Shown here piece by piece: positions 1-11,292 of a stretch of DNA of 64,000 bases. This stretch comes from Yuukianura sp. NJ FZ-2021 (taxonomy: Eukaryota), in contig CM102286.1 in the NCBI GenBank assembly GCA_046563655.1, positions 868,001-932,000 on the forward strand, written 5' to 3'. Position 1 is the stretch's first letter; the number at the start of each line of letters is the position of its first letter. Position numbers and translations under genes: made by a program. The notes under the pieces were generated by a model. That model made no database searches. It had not been told where the DNA came from and worked only from the letters and a program-made list of their open reading frames with translations.

Positions 1-3000
1 ACTTCTTCGACTTCATCTTGAGAGGAAGTCGTTGTCGTTGTGGTAGTCGTCTTCGATGAACCTGTTCCATCTCTCGCACCACTATTTGAAGTTCCGCTTT
101 GACCTAAAATGACAGAATTCAATGAACTTCCTGATTCACCGGTTGAAGTTGAGCTTACAACAATGCTTTTAAGCTTACCCTCATCCGCTGACTCAGAAGC
201 TGTTGAATTCGAAGCCTCCTCTTCCTCAAATGCACCTCCATTGCCAAACTCGCCAGTATTATTTTTTGAGACTTTTTTCGAACTCCAAGTTTTCTTTCCG
301 CCGCTCCGTTTCCACCCTTTCTTTCCGCCAGAGGTCGTAGTAGTTTTCGTTGTTTTTCGAGTTTTACTGACACCGTTTGGCGAGTCATTTTGAAGCGTTT
401 CGGTGGTGACATTTTTTTGTGTAGAATTAGTTCCATTCCCGTCGTCAGTAGTTTCAACACCAAGGGCTCGTTTCTTCCGCCGTTTGGTAGGTGGCGCCTG
501 TGTAGTGCCGGCACCGGTTTCGTTTGTTCCGTTTGATTTGTTCACCAGGCCAGAAACTCCTCTTCCCAAATTACTAACCACAGATACAATTGGCTTTTCT
601 TCTTTTGTATTTGGCTGTTCATCTTCATCATGACTGTGGACGTGGTCAGGATGTCCATGTCGATACTTTCGTGTTTTAGATTTTGACTTATGCTTCCAAT
701 TTTTCTTCCCGTTTCCACGGCTTTCTGCATCTTCTTCCTCTTGAGAGTAGTATGCGTCATCATCGTCATCATTAGCAGTGGTGTCTTTATTTTTGTGGCC
801 AAACTTCCCGCCCTTACCCCAACCTTTGCCATGAGTTTTGGAGTTACTACCACCTTTTCCGCCACCGGTTTTGGTTGTTGTGGTGTTCGTTATGGTCACT
901 TCCTCAAAATCTTCCTCTTCAATTTCCGTTTCAGTTGTTTTTGTTCCAACCTTCTTTTTTAAATTACTTCCACTTGTTTCTTTACCATCTTCAGTTGCGG
1001 ATTCTGTATTAGTAATTCCGGTTTTCTTTGTTTTACTTTGACTGTTTCCGCTGGAATTCCCGCTGTCGTCCGCACCTTGGGTACTAGAACCGCTTTGTCC
1101 TTTTTTGGTTTTTGATGATCTGCTAATCTGTGTTGACTCAGATTCTTCCTCCTCTTCTACGTTAGTTGTACTTTTTCGTTTGGATTTGCTTAGGTTGGCC
1201 TGGTTATCTTCGGCCTCTCCTCCATCTGCAGATGTAGGCTTTGAGCCCTTGCCACTGTCACTTCCTGACTTACCTTTCGTGGTCGAGGAAGAGGATTTCC
1301 TCACAGAAGTTTCGGATTCTTCTTCCTCTTCTGTTCTAACTTCAGTTAATTTAGATTTTAATGTCGAAGTGTCCTTGCCCCCGTCATTTGGATTAAACTT
1401 CCCTTTTTTAGTTGATGATGTCGTGTTCGTTACCGAAGTTGATTCCTCCTCTTCCTGAACAACTACCTCCGTGATTTTTTTTGGCTTTGGTGTGGGCTTT
1501 CTGCCGTCATCTGGACCTGACTTTCCTTTCTTTGTGGACGAGGTAGTGTTTGTTACTGAAGTCGATTCCTCCGCTTCCTCAACAATGACCTCATTGACCT
1601 TTTTAGGCTTTGTAGTTGGTTTCTTGCCGTCATCAGGACCTGGCTTCCCTTTTTTAGTTGATGATGTCGTGTTCGTTACTGAAGTTGATTCCTCTTCTTC
1701 CTCAACAACGACCTCAGTAACTTTTTTAGGCTTCGGTGTGGGTTTTGTTGCGTCATCAGGACCTGACTTTCCTTTCTTAGTGGATGAAGTCGAGTTTGTT
1801 ACCGAAATGAATTCCTCTTCCTCAAGAACGACCTCACTGACTTTTTTAGGCTTTGTGGTGGGTTTTGTGCCGTCATCAGGACGTGACTTTCCTTTCTTAG
1901 TGGATGATGTCGAGTTTGTTACTGAAGTTGATTCCTCCTCTTCCTGAACGACGACTTCAGTGACTTTTTTAGGCTTTGGCGTGGGCTTTGTGCCGTCATC
2001 TGGACCTGACTTTCCTTTCTTTGTGGACGATGTCGTGTTTGTTACCGAAGTTGATTCCTCCTCTTCCTCAACAATGACCTCGGTGACCTTTTTAGGTTTT
2101 GTGGTGGGTTTGGTGCCGTCATCTGGACCTGACTTTCCTTTCTTAGTAGATGATGTCGTGTTTGTTACGGAAGTCGATTCCTCCTCCTCAACCGCGACCT
2201 CAGTGACTTGTTTAGGCTTTGGCGTAGGTTTTGTGGCATCATCTGGACCTGACTTTCCTTTCTTAGTAGATGATGTCGTGTTTGTTACGGAAGTCGATTC
2301 CTCCGCTTCTTCAACAATGACCTCGGTGACCTTTTTAGGTTTTGTGGTGGGTTTGGCGCCGTCATCTGGACCTGACTTTCCTTTCCTAGTAGATGATGTC
2401 GTGTTTGTGACCGAAGTTGATTCCTCCTCTTCCTCAACAACGACCTCAGTGACTTGTTTAGGCTTTGACGTAGGTTTTGTGCCGTCATCTGGACCTGACT
2501 TTCCTTTCTTAGTTGATGATGTCGTGTTTGTTACGGAAGTCGATTCCTCCTCTTCCTCAACCGCGACCTCAGTGACTTGTTTAGGCTTTGACGTAGGGCT
2601 TGTGCCGTTATCTGGACCTGACTTTCCTTTCTTAGTAGATGATGTCGTGTTTGTTACGGAAGTCGATTCCTCCTCTTCTTCCTCAACCACGACCTCAGTG
2701 ACTTGTTTAGGCTTTGGCGTAGGTTTTGTGCCGTCATCTGGACCTGACTTTCCTTTCTTAGTAGATGATGTCGTGTTTGTTACGGAAGTCGATTCCTCCT
2801 CCTCAACCGCGACCTCAGTGACTTGTTTAGGCTTTGGCGTAGGTTTTGTGCCGTCATCTGGACCTGACTTTCCTTTCTTAGTAGATGATGTCGTGTTTGT
2901 TACGGAAGTCGATTCCTCCTCTTCTTCCTCAACAACGACCTCAGTGACTTGTTTAGGCTTTGGCGTAGGTTTTGTGCCGTCATCTGGACCTGACTTTCCT

Positions 3001-6000
3001 TTCGTTGTGGACGATGTCGTGTTTGTTACTGAAGTCGATTCCTCTGCTTCCTCAACAACGACTTCAGTGACTTGTTTAGGCTTTGACGTTTGTTTTGTGC
3101 CGTCATCTGGACCTGACTTTCCTTTCTTAGTAGATGATGTCGTGTTTGTGAACGAAGTTGATTCCTCCTCTTCCTCAACAACGACCTCAGTGACTTGTTT
3201 AGGTTTTGACGTAGGTTTTGTGCCGTCATCTGGACCTGACTTTCCTTTCTTAGTAGATGATGTCGTGTTTGTTACGGAAGTCGATTCCTCCTCCTCAACC
3301 GCGACCTCAGTGACTTGTTTAGGCTTTGGCGTAGGTTTTGTGCCGTCATCTGGACCTGACTTTCCTTTCTTAGTAGATGATGTCGTGTTTGTTACGGAAG
3401 TCGATTCCTCCTCCTCAACCGCGACCTCAGTGACTTGTTTAGGCTTTGGCGTAGGTTTTGTGGCATCATCTGGACCTGACTTTCCTTTCTTAGTAGATGA
3501 TGTCGTGTTTGTTACGGAAGTCGATTCCTCCGCTTCCTCAACAATTACCTCAGTGACCTTTTTAGGCTTCGTGGTGGGTTTCGTACCGTCATCAGGACCT
3601 GACTTCCCTTTCTTAGTTGACGTGGAGTTGGTTACAATGGTAAGGGATTCCTCCTCAGTTGCGACTTCAGTAGCCTTGCTTTTGGGTTTAGCAGTTGGCT
3701 TACCGCCGTTTTCATCATCGGATTTCCCCTTTTTTCGGGAGGATGTGGAGTTTGTTAACATAACAAATTGCTCTTCTTCCTCTTCCACGACTTCGGTCAA
3801 TTTAGTTTCGGAATTTGAACCTGGTTTTCCGACAGCTCCGCTCTTGCTAGAAGACGTTTTTGAGCTTGAGCTGGATTCCTCTTCAACTGTTTCTTCCGTT
3901 GTCGTGGCGGTGCCTGTTTTGCGAGTTTTGCCACTTCCGGTAGCTCCGCCCTTGCTCGAAGAAGTTTTAGAACTTGAGCTTGACTCTTCTTCGACTACCT
4001 CTTCAGTTTTCGTTACGGATCCTGCTTTGCCAGTTTGGCCACCTTTACTGCTTCCGGTAGCTCCGCCCTTGCTCGAGGATGTTTTTGAACTGGAACTTGA
4101 CTCTTCAACTACTTCTTCTTCTGTTGTTTTCGTTACGGTACCAGCTTTACCGTTTCCAGATGTTTTGTCGGTTTTGCCGCCTCCGGTAGCTCCGCTCTTG
4201 CTAGAAGACGTTTTTGAGCTTGAGCTGAATTCCTCTTCAACTATTTCTTCCGTTGTCGTGGCGGTGCCAGTTTTGCGGTTTTTGCCGCCTCCGGTAGCTC
4301 CGCTCTTGCTAGAAGACGTTTTTGAGCTTGAGCTGGATTCCTCTTCAACTATTTCTTCCGTTGTCGTGGCGGTGCCTGTTTTGCGGGTTTTGCCACTTCC
4401 TGTAGCTCCGCCTTTGCTTGAAGAAGTTTTAGAACTTGAGCTTGACTCTTCTTCGACTACCTCTTCAGTTTTCGTTACGGATCCTGCTTTGCCAGTTTGG
4501 CCACCTTTACTGCTTCCGGTAGCTCCGCCCTTGCTCGAGGATGTTTTTGAACTGGAACTTGACTCTTCAACTACTTCTTCTTCTGTTGTTTTCGTTACGG
4601 TACCAGCTTTACCGTTTCCAGATGTTTTGTCGGTTTTGCCGCCTCCGGTAGCTCCGCTCTTGCTAGAAGACGTTTTTGAGCTTGAGCTGGATTCCTCTTC
4701 AACTATTTCTTCCGTTGTCGTGGCAGTGCCAGTTTTGCGGTTTTTGCCGCCTCCGGTAGCTCCGCTCTTGCTAGAAGACGTTTTTGAGCTTGAGCTGGAT
4801 TCCTCTTCAACTGTTTCTTCCGTTGTCGTGGCGGTGCCTGTTTTGCGAGTTTTGCCACTTCCGGTAGCTCCGCCCTTGCTCGAAGAAGTTTTAGAACTTG
4901 AGCTTGACTCTTCTTCGACTACCTCTTCAGTTTTCGTTACGGATCCTGCTTTGCCAGTTTGGCCACCTTTACTGCTTCCGGTAGCTCCGCCCTTGCTCGA
5001 GGATGTTTTTGAACTGGAACTTGACTCTTCAACTACTTCTTCTTCTGTTGTTTTCGTTACGGTACCAGCTTTACCGTTTCCAGATGTTTTGTCGGTTTTG
5101 CCGCCTCCGGTAGCTCCGCTCTTGCTAGAAGACGTTTTTGAGCTTGAGCTGAATTCCTCTTCAACTATTTCTTCCGTTGTCGTGGCGGTGCCAGTTTTGC
5201 GGTTTTTGCCGCCTCCGGTAGCTCCGCTCTTGCTAGAAGACGTTTTTGAGCTTGAGCTGGATTCCTCTTCAACTATTTCTTCCGTTGTCGTGGCGGTGCC
5301 TGTTTTGCGGGTTTTGCCACTTCCTGTAGCTCCGCCTTTGCTTGAAGAAGTTTTAGAACTTGAGCTTGACTCTTCTTCGACTACCTCTTCAGTTTTCGTT
5401 ACGGATCCTGCTTTGCCAGTTTGGCCACCTTTACTGCTTCCGGTAGCTCCGCCCTTGCTCGAGGATGTTTTTGAACTGGAACTTGACTCTTCAACTACTT
5501 CTTCTTCTGTTGTTTTCGTTACGGTACCAGCTTTACCGTTTCCAGATGTTTTGTCGGTTTTGCCGCCTCCGGTAGCTCCGCTCTTGCTAGAAGACGTTTT
5601 TGAGCTTGAGCTGGATTCCTCTTCAACTATTTCTTCCGTTGTCGTGGCAGTGCCAGTTTTGCGGTTTTTGCCGCCTCCGGTAGCTCCGCTCTTGCTAGAA
5701 GACGTTTTTGAGCTTGAGCTGGATTCCTCTTCAACTGTTTCTTCCGTTGTCGTGGCGGTGCCTGTTTTGCGGGTTTTGCCACTTCCGGTAGCTCCGCCCT
5801 TGCTCGAAGAAGTTTTAGAACTTGAGCTTGACTCTTCTTCGACTACCTCTTCAGTTTTCGTTACGGATCCTGCTTTGCCAGTTTGGCCACCTTTGCTGCT
5901 TCCGGTAGCTCCGCCCTTGCTCGAGGATGTTTTTGAACTGGAAGTTGACTCTTCAACTACTTCTTCTTCTGTTGTTTTCGTTAGGGTACCAGCTTTACCG

Positions 6001-6814
6001 TTTCCAGATGTTTTGTCGGTTTTGCCGCCTCCGGTAGCTCCGCTCTTGCTAGAAGACGTTTTTGAGCTTGAGCTGGATTCCTCTTCAACTATTTCTTCCG
6101 TTGTCGTGGCGGTGCCAGTTTTGCGGGTTTTGCCACTTCCTGTAGCTCCGCCTTTGCTCGAAGAAGTTTTAGAACTTGAGCTTGACTCTTGTTCGACTAC
6201 ATCTTCTGTTGTCGTTACGGATCCTGCTTTGCCGGTCTGGCTACCTTTACCGCTTCCGGTAGCTCCGCCCTTGCTCGAAGACGTTTTTGAACTGGAACTT
6301 GACTGTTCAACTACTTCTTCAGTTGTGGTGACGGAGCCAGTTTTGCCAGGTTTGCCACTTCCGGTACCGCCTCTCTTGCTCGACGAAGTTTTCGAGCTTG
6401 AACTTGACTCTTCCTCAACTTCCTCTTCAGTAGTCGTCGTTGTAGTCGTTTTCTTCGAACCAGTTCCGCTTCCACCTTCTTCTTTATCGGTTGCAGCGCC
6501 ATCTGATGCTGATGACCCAGAACCACTCTTCTGTCCAGATTTTTTTTTCCCAGTCTTTCCGGATCCCGATTTCTTGCTGCTGTGGCTACTGCTGCTCTCT
6601 TCGATTTCCTCTTCCTCAACTACGGTTGTCTCCGTTTCTGTTACATTTGTACGTTTCCCACCTCCTGCTTTATCGTTAGTACGGTTTCCAAGTACAACTA
6701 TCTCTACTGCTTGAATAAATCTGCCAGCCATTTTGTTTGAAAAATTCCCAACTTTTGGCTGGGGCTTTGGCTTGTTCGTTTCAGCCTTTTCGACCCCTTT
6801 GCCTTTTTTCTTTT
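1..6814 (-). CDS. Exon 2 (3'-incomplete) of a giant secreted mucin/glue-like repetitive protein, total length at least 2295 aa
   Basis: Acceptor tttcag| at 6815/6814 joins exon 1 in phase 1, giving EKKKGKGVEKAETNKPKPQPKVGNFSNKMAGRFIQAVEIVVLGNRT... The same frame reads ...SSKTTTTTTTTSSQDEVEE at the window edge. The ORF track lists no terminated ORF in this frame, consistent with no stop. Composition is dominated by S/T/E/K/G. Confidence 0.9.
1390..3720 (-). repeat. Coding tandem array A, about 19 units of 120-126 bp
   Basis: A unit translates as TEVAVEEEESTSVTNTTSSTKKGKSGPDDGTKPTPKPKQV. Length differences are in-frame changes in the Glu run, and units degenerate at both ends. Confidence 0.93.
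3834..6430 (-). repeat. Coding tandem array B, about 23 units of 108-129 bp in 462-bp tetramers and a 924-bp octamer
   Basis: Units such as TGSGKTRKTGTATTTEETVEEESSSSSKTSSSKSGA. Diagnostic variants recur at 924-bp spacing (gaattc at 4227 and 5151; tggcag at 4721 and 5645; cttcaactgt at 3881 and 4805). Confidence 0.93.
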
Positions 6815-6931
6815 CTGAAATTTATATTCAAATTAATTCCATTAAAACCTTCCTAATAAAGAGAGCTTAAGTTGCCCATTTTGATTTCTAAAATTTGAGA
6901 ATTTTTGCAACGAAAATTTTGAATATCTTAC
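6815..6931 (-). other. 117-nt GT-AG intron (phase 1)
   Basis: Donor gtaaga at 6931, acceptor tttcag at 6815, AT-rich interior; removal keeps the reading frame. Confidence 0.85.
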
Positions 6932-7004
6932 CAGATCCAGGACCTGCAGCAATTGTCCAAGTCGCCAATAAAATTACACAAGAAATTGCAAATTTCCAGT
7001 GCAT
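6932..7004 (-). CDS. Exon 1: signal peptide of the repetitive secreted protein
   Basis: ATG at 7004 gives MHWKFAISCVILLATWTIAAGPGS (basic n-region, hydrophobic core, small-residue cleavage region), ending G|gtaaga. Confidence 0.88.
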
Positions 7005-7097
7005 CTTACTGCCCAAAAGCTCTACCTTGTTTGCAAAAACCAGAAATTTTTTTTCAAAAATTCCCAAAGACTACAAGTTGTGCACAAAGCTTCACAG

Positions 7098-7280
7098 GAA
7101 TGAACGCCAAACCATCAGCCGATTACTTCAATCGTAATTTCTAATTACACTTTTGTCCTTTAGAAATAACAATAGACTTTAGAACAAACGTTTTGTTTAA
7201 AAGGGCATAAAAATTATTGACCTTGGTATATGACGTTAGAGATTTATTACGTAAGTTTCTAAATTCCTAAAGTGACCTTA
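7098..7280 (-). promoter_or_regulatory. Putative promoter of the repetitive-protein gene
   Basis: Inr-like TCATTC (7103-7098) about 100 nt upstream of the ATG; CCAAGGTCA FTZ-F1-type site (7226-7218); TTACGTAA bZIP palindrome (7247-7254); TAAGGTCA (7280-7273). Motif-level evidence only. Confidence 0.35.
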
Positions 7281-10200
7281 AAACAGAATTGCATTTCAAG
7301 AAATAATTCTGCTTCTTTTGAGAAAAAAATTATGTATGGAAGATTTTTAAAACTGCTGCCCATCAATAGTTTACTTCCCGTTTTTTGGCTAATCATGAAG
7401 TTCAAAATTTTAAAAATGTTTGAAGTCTTGTACTACTAAATTATCTATTGTTTCCGGGCACTGTGGGGAGCATTGAAAGGTTTTGAAATGAAAGTGATGG
7501 AAATCCAAAGGGAGTCTTTTACATCATTCATCTTCCTATCACTCTTCGAAAAATCAAAATTAACTTTTCCCGCTCTTCCAAGTACTGCATCTGTGTTAAC
7601 TTTAAAAGTTCCCTCTTCAAACAAAATTACAAGGCCAGTTTTCTCTTGATTTAGTTAATTATTAATTGCTTTCTCATGCTGAGTCTATCTGCATAGGATT
7701 GATTGGAATTTCGGTGTAAATTAAACACTTCAAAGTGTTTGAAAAATCATCACGACTCTCCTTCCTAATTCAAAACAAACCTTAAGGCTAAACTTCACGC
7801 TTCTCAAGGCCGCTAAAATTTTGTATAACAAAACTTGTTCTCATTTTTGAAATTGAAATTTTCATAAAACAGAATAAGTAGATCTTACAAAATGGGCTTT
7901 TGGTTATGCGAAGAAGAAGAAAAAACTTAAAGACTAAAGTTTTGTTGAAAGGAGCTAGATGGCGGGAATTCACTCGTTTGAATTCTGCGGACTTTCACTT
8001 TCGTGTTCAGTTCATCTACTCTTAAATTTTGAAATTGCCCTGGTCTGCAGGCCATATGGAAGTTAAATTTGAAACTTATTTTCAAAAATTGGAAAAAGAG
8101 CATTTAGCGGCATTTTTGAAAAAGTAGAAACCGATCTCAAATGATTAGATTGAGGGTTAAGTTCAAGCTCAAATTTCGTTTTAAAAGCAAAATCTGGAAG
8201 AAATTTCCATCTGCTTGGTCCTTAAGGGTTTGAAAATGGTTTGAACTGAGGGTGCGGATCTTACTGAAGCACAGAAAAATGTTAAGGGTCCCCCAGACAA
8301 TAGCGTCCCATGTCAGGAGTTGAGTTAATTCAAGTCATGAGCCCTTGTCCCTTGTGTATAGGAATTTTCCCTTTGAGAAAATAATGTTTATGACATGGAA
8401 AGAGCTTACAAAGTTTTTTTTTCTTTTGTCCATTTTCAAAATCTCCCTCTTGCCTTATTTCTTTGCATCTGAAGAGATTCTATGAAAGTCGTAAAGCAAA
8501 AAGGGCAGCGCCCCCTTCGGCAGGGGCGCTGACAGGAAATGACCGTCATTAGAACACGCTGCATTTGAACGCAAGTCAACATTAAGCAAACAACAAAAAC
8601 CAAAAAGTCAATGGAAATTTTCTTTTTGGAAAAAAAAAAACTTCAAGATTTTGGAACGAATCTTGGTGCTGCTGGGTTCCCCATTTGGGCGCTAACTTTT
8701 GAAAGTTTTCTTCCCCTCTGCTACAAGTTCCTTTACATTGTTCAGTGGAAGAGTTGCGCCTAACATTCATTTTCTTTTCTATTATGAGAACCGTAAATTT
8801 TCAAAAAGTAAGTTCAAAGTTCCCTCTACAAAAACGAAAAGGAAATTATGAACTTCGGCGTGCCTAAATCAAGGACTCGTACTCTCACACATTTCGTCCG
8901 TAACGAATCACTTCCACTTTACTTTATTTTTCACCTGTTCCTAAATGCAATTTATTAAGTTCAGAACTAAACTAAACTTTTGACAAAAAAGTTAGCCTAA
9001 CGTTGTTTTCGAAAATCGACTTTCAAATTTTGAAACTTCGGAATCAAGCCTGCTAGCTTAGGTTAGTCATGTTGCTTTTCCCATTTTTGAAAAACCACTT
9101 TTAAAAATTGCTTCCGTTTCCACTTGACTTTTTTCAAAGTTTCCGCTCAAGGTGATATTTCAACAACTTTCATAGCTTATTGGTTCACGCGTTTAAATCC
9201 GCTCCAGAAAACTATCATCTCACTTTGCCCCAACTTTAAAAAACACTTTTTAACAATAGTTAGTAATAATCATTTTAGTTTACTTAGCTTAGTTACGTTT
9301 TAGCAACAACGTAGGACTTGGCATGAAAACTAAACTTTTTTTTTTAAAAGTATAGTTATCCAGGAAAGTTTTTACCTTTAGCCTTAGTTCAAGCTGTCGC
9401 AAACGTAATGGGTCACTGGGGAATTTTGTAAACTGAAAAGCGCGGGTGAAAAGAGGCACAAAAGTACAATGTGTTAACACTTTCTCCCGCTTTTACTTTT
9501 ACTGGAGCCAAGGTTCATTGCCTTCCAGGAAAAAGCGATAATGTCAAATGACCTTTTCCACTTTCAATAAAGTTAAACTTCAGCAGGTCAACTTTTGACT
9601 TTTACTTTGACATTTGACCTCACATGGAGACTCCAGCTGGTTCTCCCGCCTTTTTATTTTTATCTTGACATGAAATTTACATGAAAATCTTAATTGAGAA
9701 TGGCTTTTTGGTTCAAATAGGTTAAGTGTAGGTATAGTCGTTTTCAAAATTTTTAGATTACGACGTCCACGAAAGTGCATTCCGTCGTTTTCGAGCTTCA
9801 CTTTTACGATTTTCCATATATTTTATGTGTAATTTTAAAAACAAAGGTTAAAAGCACGAAAAGAGATAAAAGAAAGAGAAAATAAGTAATGTCTTCATCG
9901 AGGGTGGCGCGCACGAGCAGAAGCAGGAAATTCAAAATTTCATTTTTTGTGTGCTTTCTTTTAAATGCTAGTGAAAAACAAATTTTTAGATACGGTTAAT
10001 GCCAGAGTCGAATTTCTAAACGCCTGTCACCGGAATTTCCTTGTGACATATACGACAGGAAACAAAATTAAAAGTTTTTCTTTGAGATTAGAAAGGTTTC
10101 GACGTTGTTCAAACAATTTTATGCGCTTTTCATTTAGAAAAGCGTGAAATTTTGAGAAAAAAGCGCCGTCTGGTGGCACTGGATTTGACTGATAAGATAA

Positions 10201-10625
10201 AAAAGACCGAAACTGGACGGTAGAGAAAGTTTTTGTTTTGTGTTTGCTCAAATGAGGCCACACAGAATAGAAGTTTCTTGAAAAACGAAAGAGACCCGGC
10301 TTTTTATTTTATGCCTAATTCATGTCTAATGAAGGCTCTCTCCTAAAACATGATCAAAACTAGACACAGCGAGTGTACATTAGCTCATCCCACTTGAGTT
10401 GTCAAAAAATCTCGACACAATTGGTGTCGAAAATTGTCAATTTTAAGAGGAATTACATCTTTTGAAATTCTTAACACTTTGTTAATTAAACATGATGTGT
10501 TAAAATTAACAACATTCATTTTACTGACAAATGCTACGGGTAGTGAATTAACTATAAAAAGGGGTTGTAAGGAATCTAATTTTAGAATTACTCAAAAATG
10601 AAACGTTCCCGAGAGTTTAGGTTAG

Positions 10626-10869
10626 GTAAAGTCTGAGCAAAATCGCAATGACGAGACGGATATTGGAAATGGAGTTATGCTGAAAAAGGAATTCTTGCTC
10701 ACAGTGAAAGCAACATCCGGCAGCACAAATATTTTTGGAAGATGCTTATTCAAAAAACTATTTGAGTGTCATGAAGTTATTGGCTACTCGCTGATGGGTA
10801 AAGGATGTGCTGCTAACAAAGCAGAAAAACTTCCGTCAATTGATCCAAGGAAGAGAGATGCATTGATCG
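10626..10869 (+). CDS. BEN-domain protein, first visible exon (possibly 5'-truncated; internal ATG at 10677)
   Basis: Reads VKSEQNRNDETDIGNGVMLKKEFLLTVKATSGSTNIFGRCLFKKLFECHEVIGYSLMGKGCAANKAEKLPSIDPRKRDALI. The L..LF...E...SLxG......p.(I/L)DP.k..AI pattern is BEN-like. Preceded by ttag|, ends G|gtaact. Confidence 0.7.
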
Positions 10870-10962
10870 GTAACTGGTTTCGCACATTTCTTAGTAGTTA
10901 TTTAAATTTTGAAGTTATTAACTGATTAACTCTTTTGCTTAGTCAAATAATTGTGTATTTAG

Positions 10963-11114
10963 ATTACACTATTCGACAGTATGGATCTGAGCCTGGCACT
11001 AAGCAATACCATCTCGAAAAGCAAAATTTAAAGAACAGTCTTGCTTCATTTATGCTGGAAATGAACAAAAACGCACAAGAAACAGAAGTACTGCTCAATA
11101 CTACTACTGATTGA
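10963..11114 (+). CDS. BEN-domain protein, last exon
   Basis: A 93-nt intron (10870-10962, gtaact...tatttag) continues the frame as DYTIRQYGSEPGTKQYHLEKQNLKNSLASFMLEMNKNAQETEVLLNTTTD*, supplying the final helices. AATAAA at 11235-11240. Confidence 0.7.
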
Positions 11115-11208
11115 ACGATTTTAGAGAAGGACTCGCTACATTTAACATAATGCTACATATGTTAGGAAATAGATCGAGTTTCACATCAGTTAACCAAAAA
11201 CAAGTGTG

Positions 11209-11292
11209 TGGTGAAATGGATAGTGTGGTCAATTAATAAAGTTACAAAGGACTAGGGAGTGAGTTCGAGTCTCAGCTGAAGTGTTTTTTTTT
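11209..11292 (+). repeat. tRNA-derived remnant (Pol III A box, B box, T-run)
   Basis: TGGTGAAATGG (11209-11219), GAGTTCGAGTC (11261-11271), then a T9 run. No intact cloverleaf seen. Confidence 0.45.

Noticed and set aside
1390..6430. CRISPR-like or non-coding satellite interpretation of the arrays
   Set aside because: No unique spacers; all indels are multiples of three; the arrays sit inside a eukaryotic coding exon.
1960..6714. 1584-aa plus-strand ORF (and ORFs 109-1947)
   Set aside because: Antisense shadow. In this register a plus-strand stop needs a minus-strand codon beginning TA or CA (Tyr/His/Gln), which the real protein rarely uses. The stops at 1458, 1947 and 6714 coincide with Gln codons. 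The listed start is GTG, not ATG, whereas the minus strand has a signal peptide and splice sites.
8506..8531. Rho-independent terminator on the minus strand
   Set aside because: Eukaryotic context with no bacterial-type gene adjacent.
10870..10925. C-terminal part of ORF 10677-10925 (NWFRTFLSSYLNFEVIN)
   Set aside because: Intron read-through; splicing at 10869/10963 gives a better BEN-like continuation.
11209..11292. Functional tRNA gene
   Set aside because: A and B boxes are present, but I could not form acceptor or anticodon stems.
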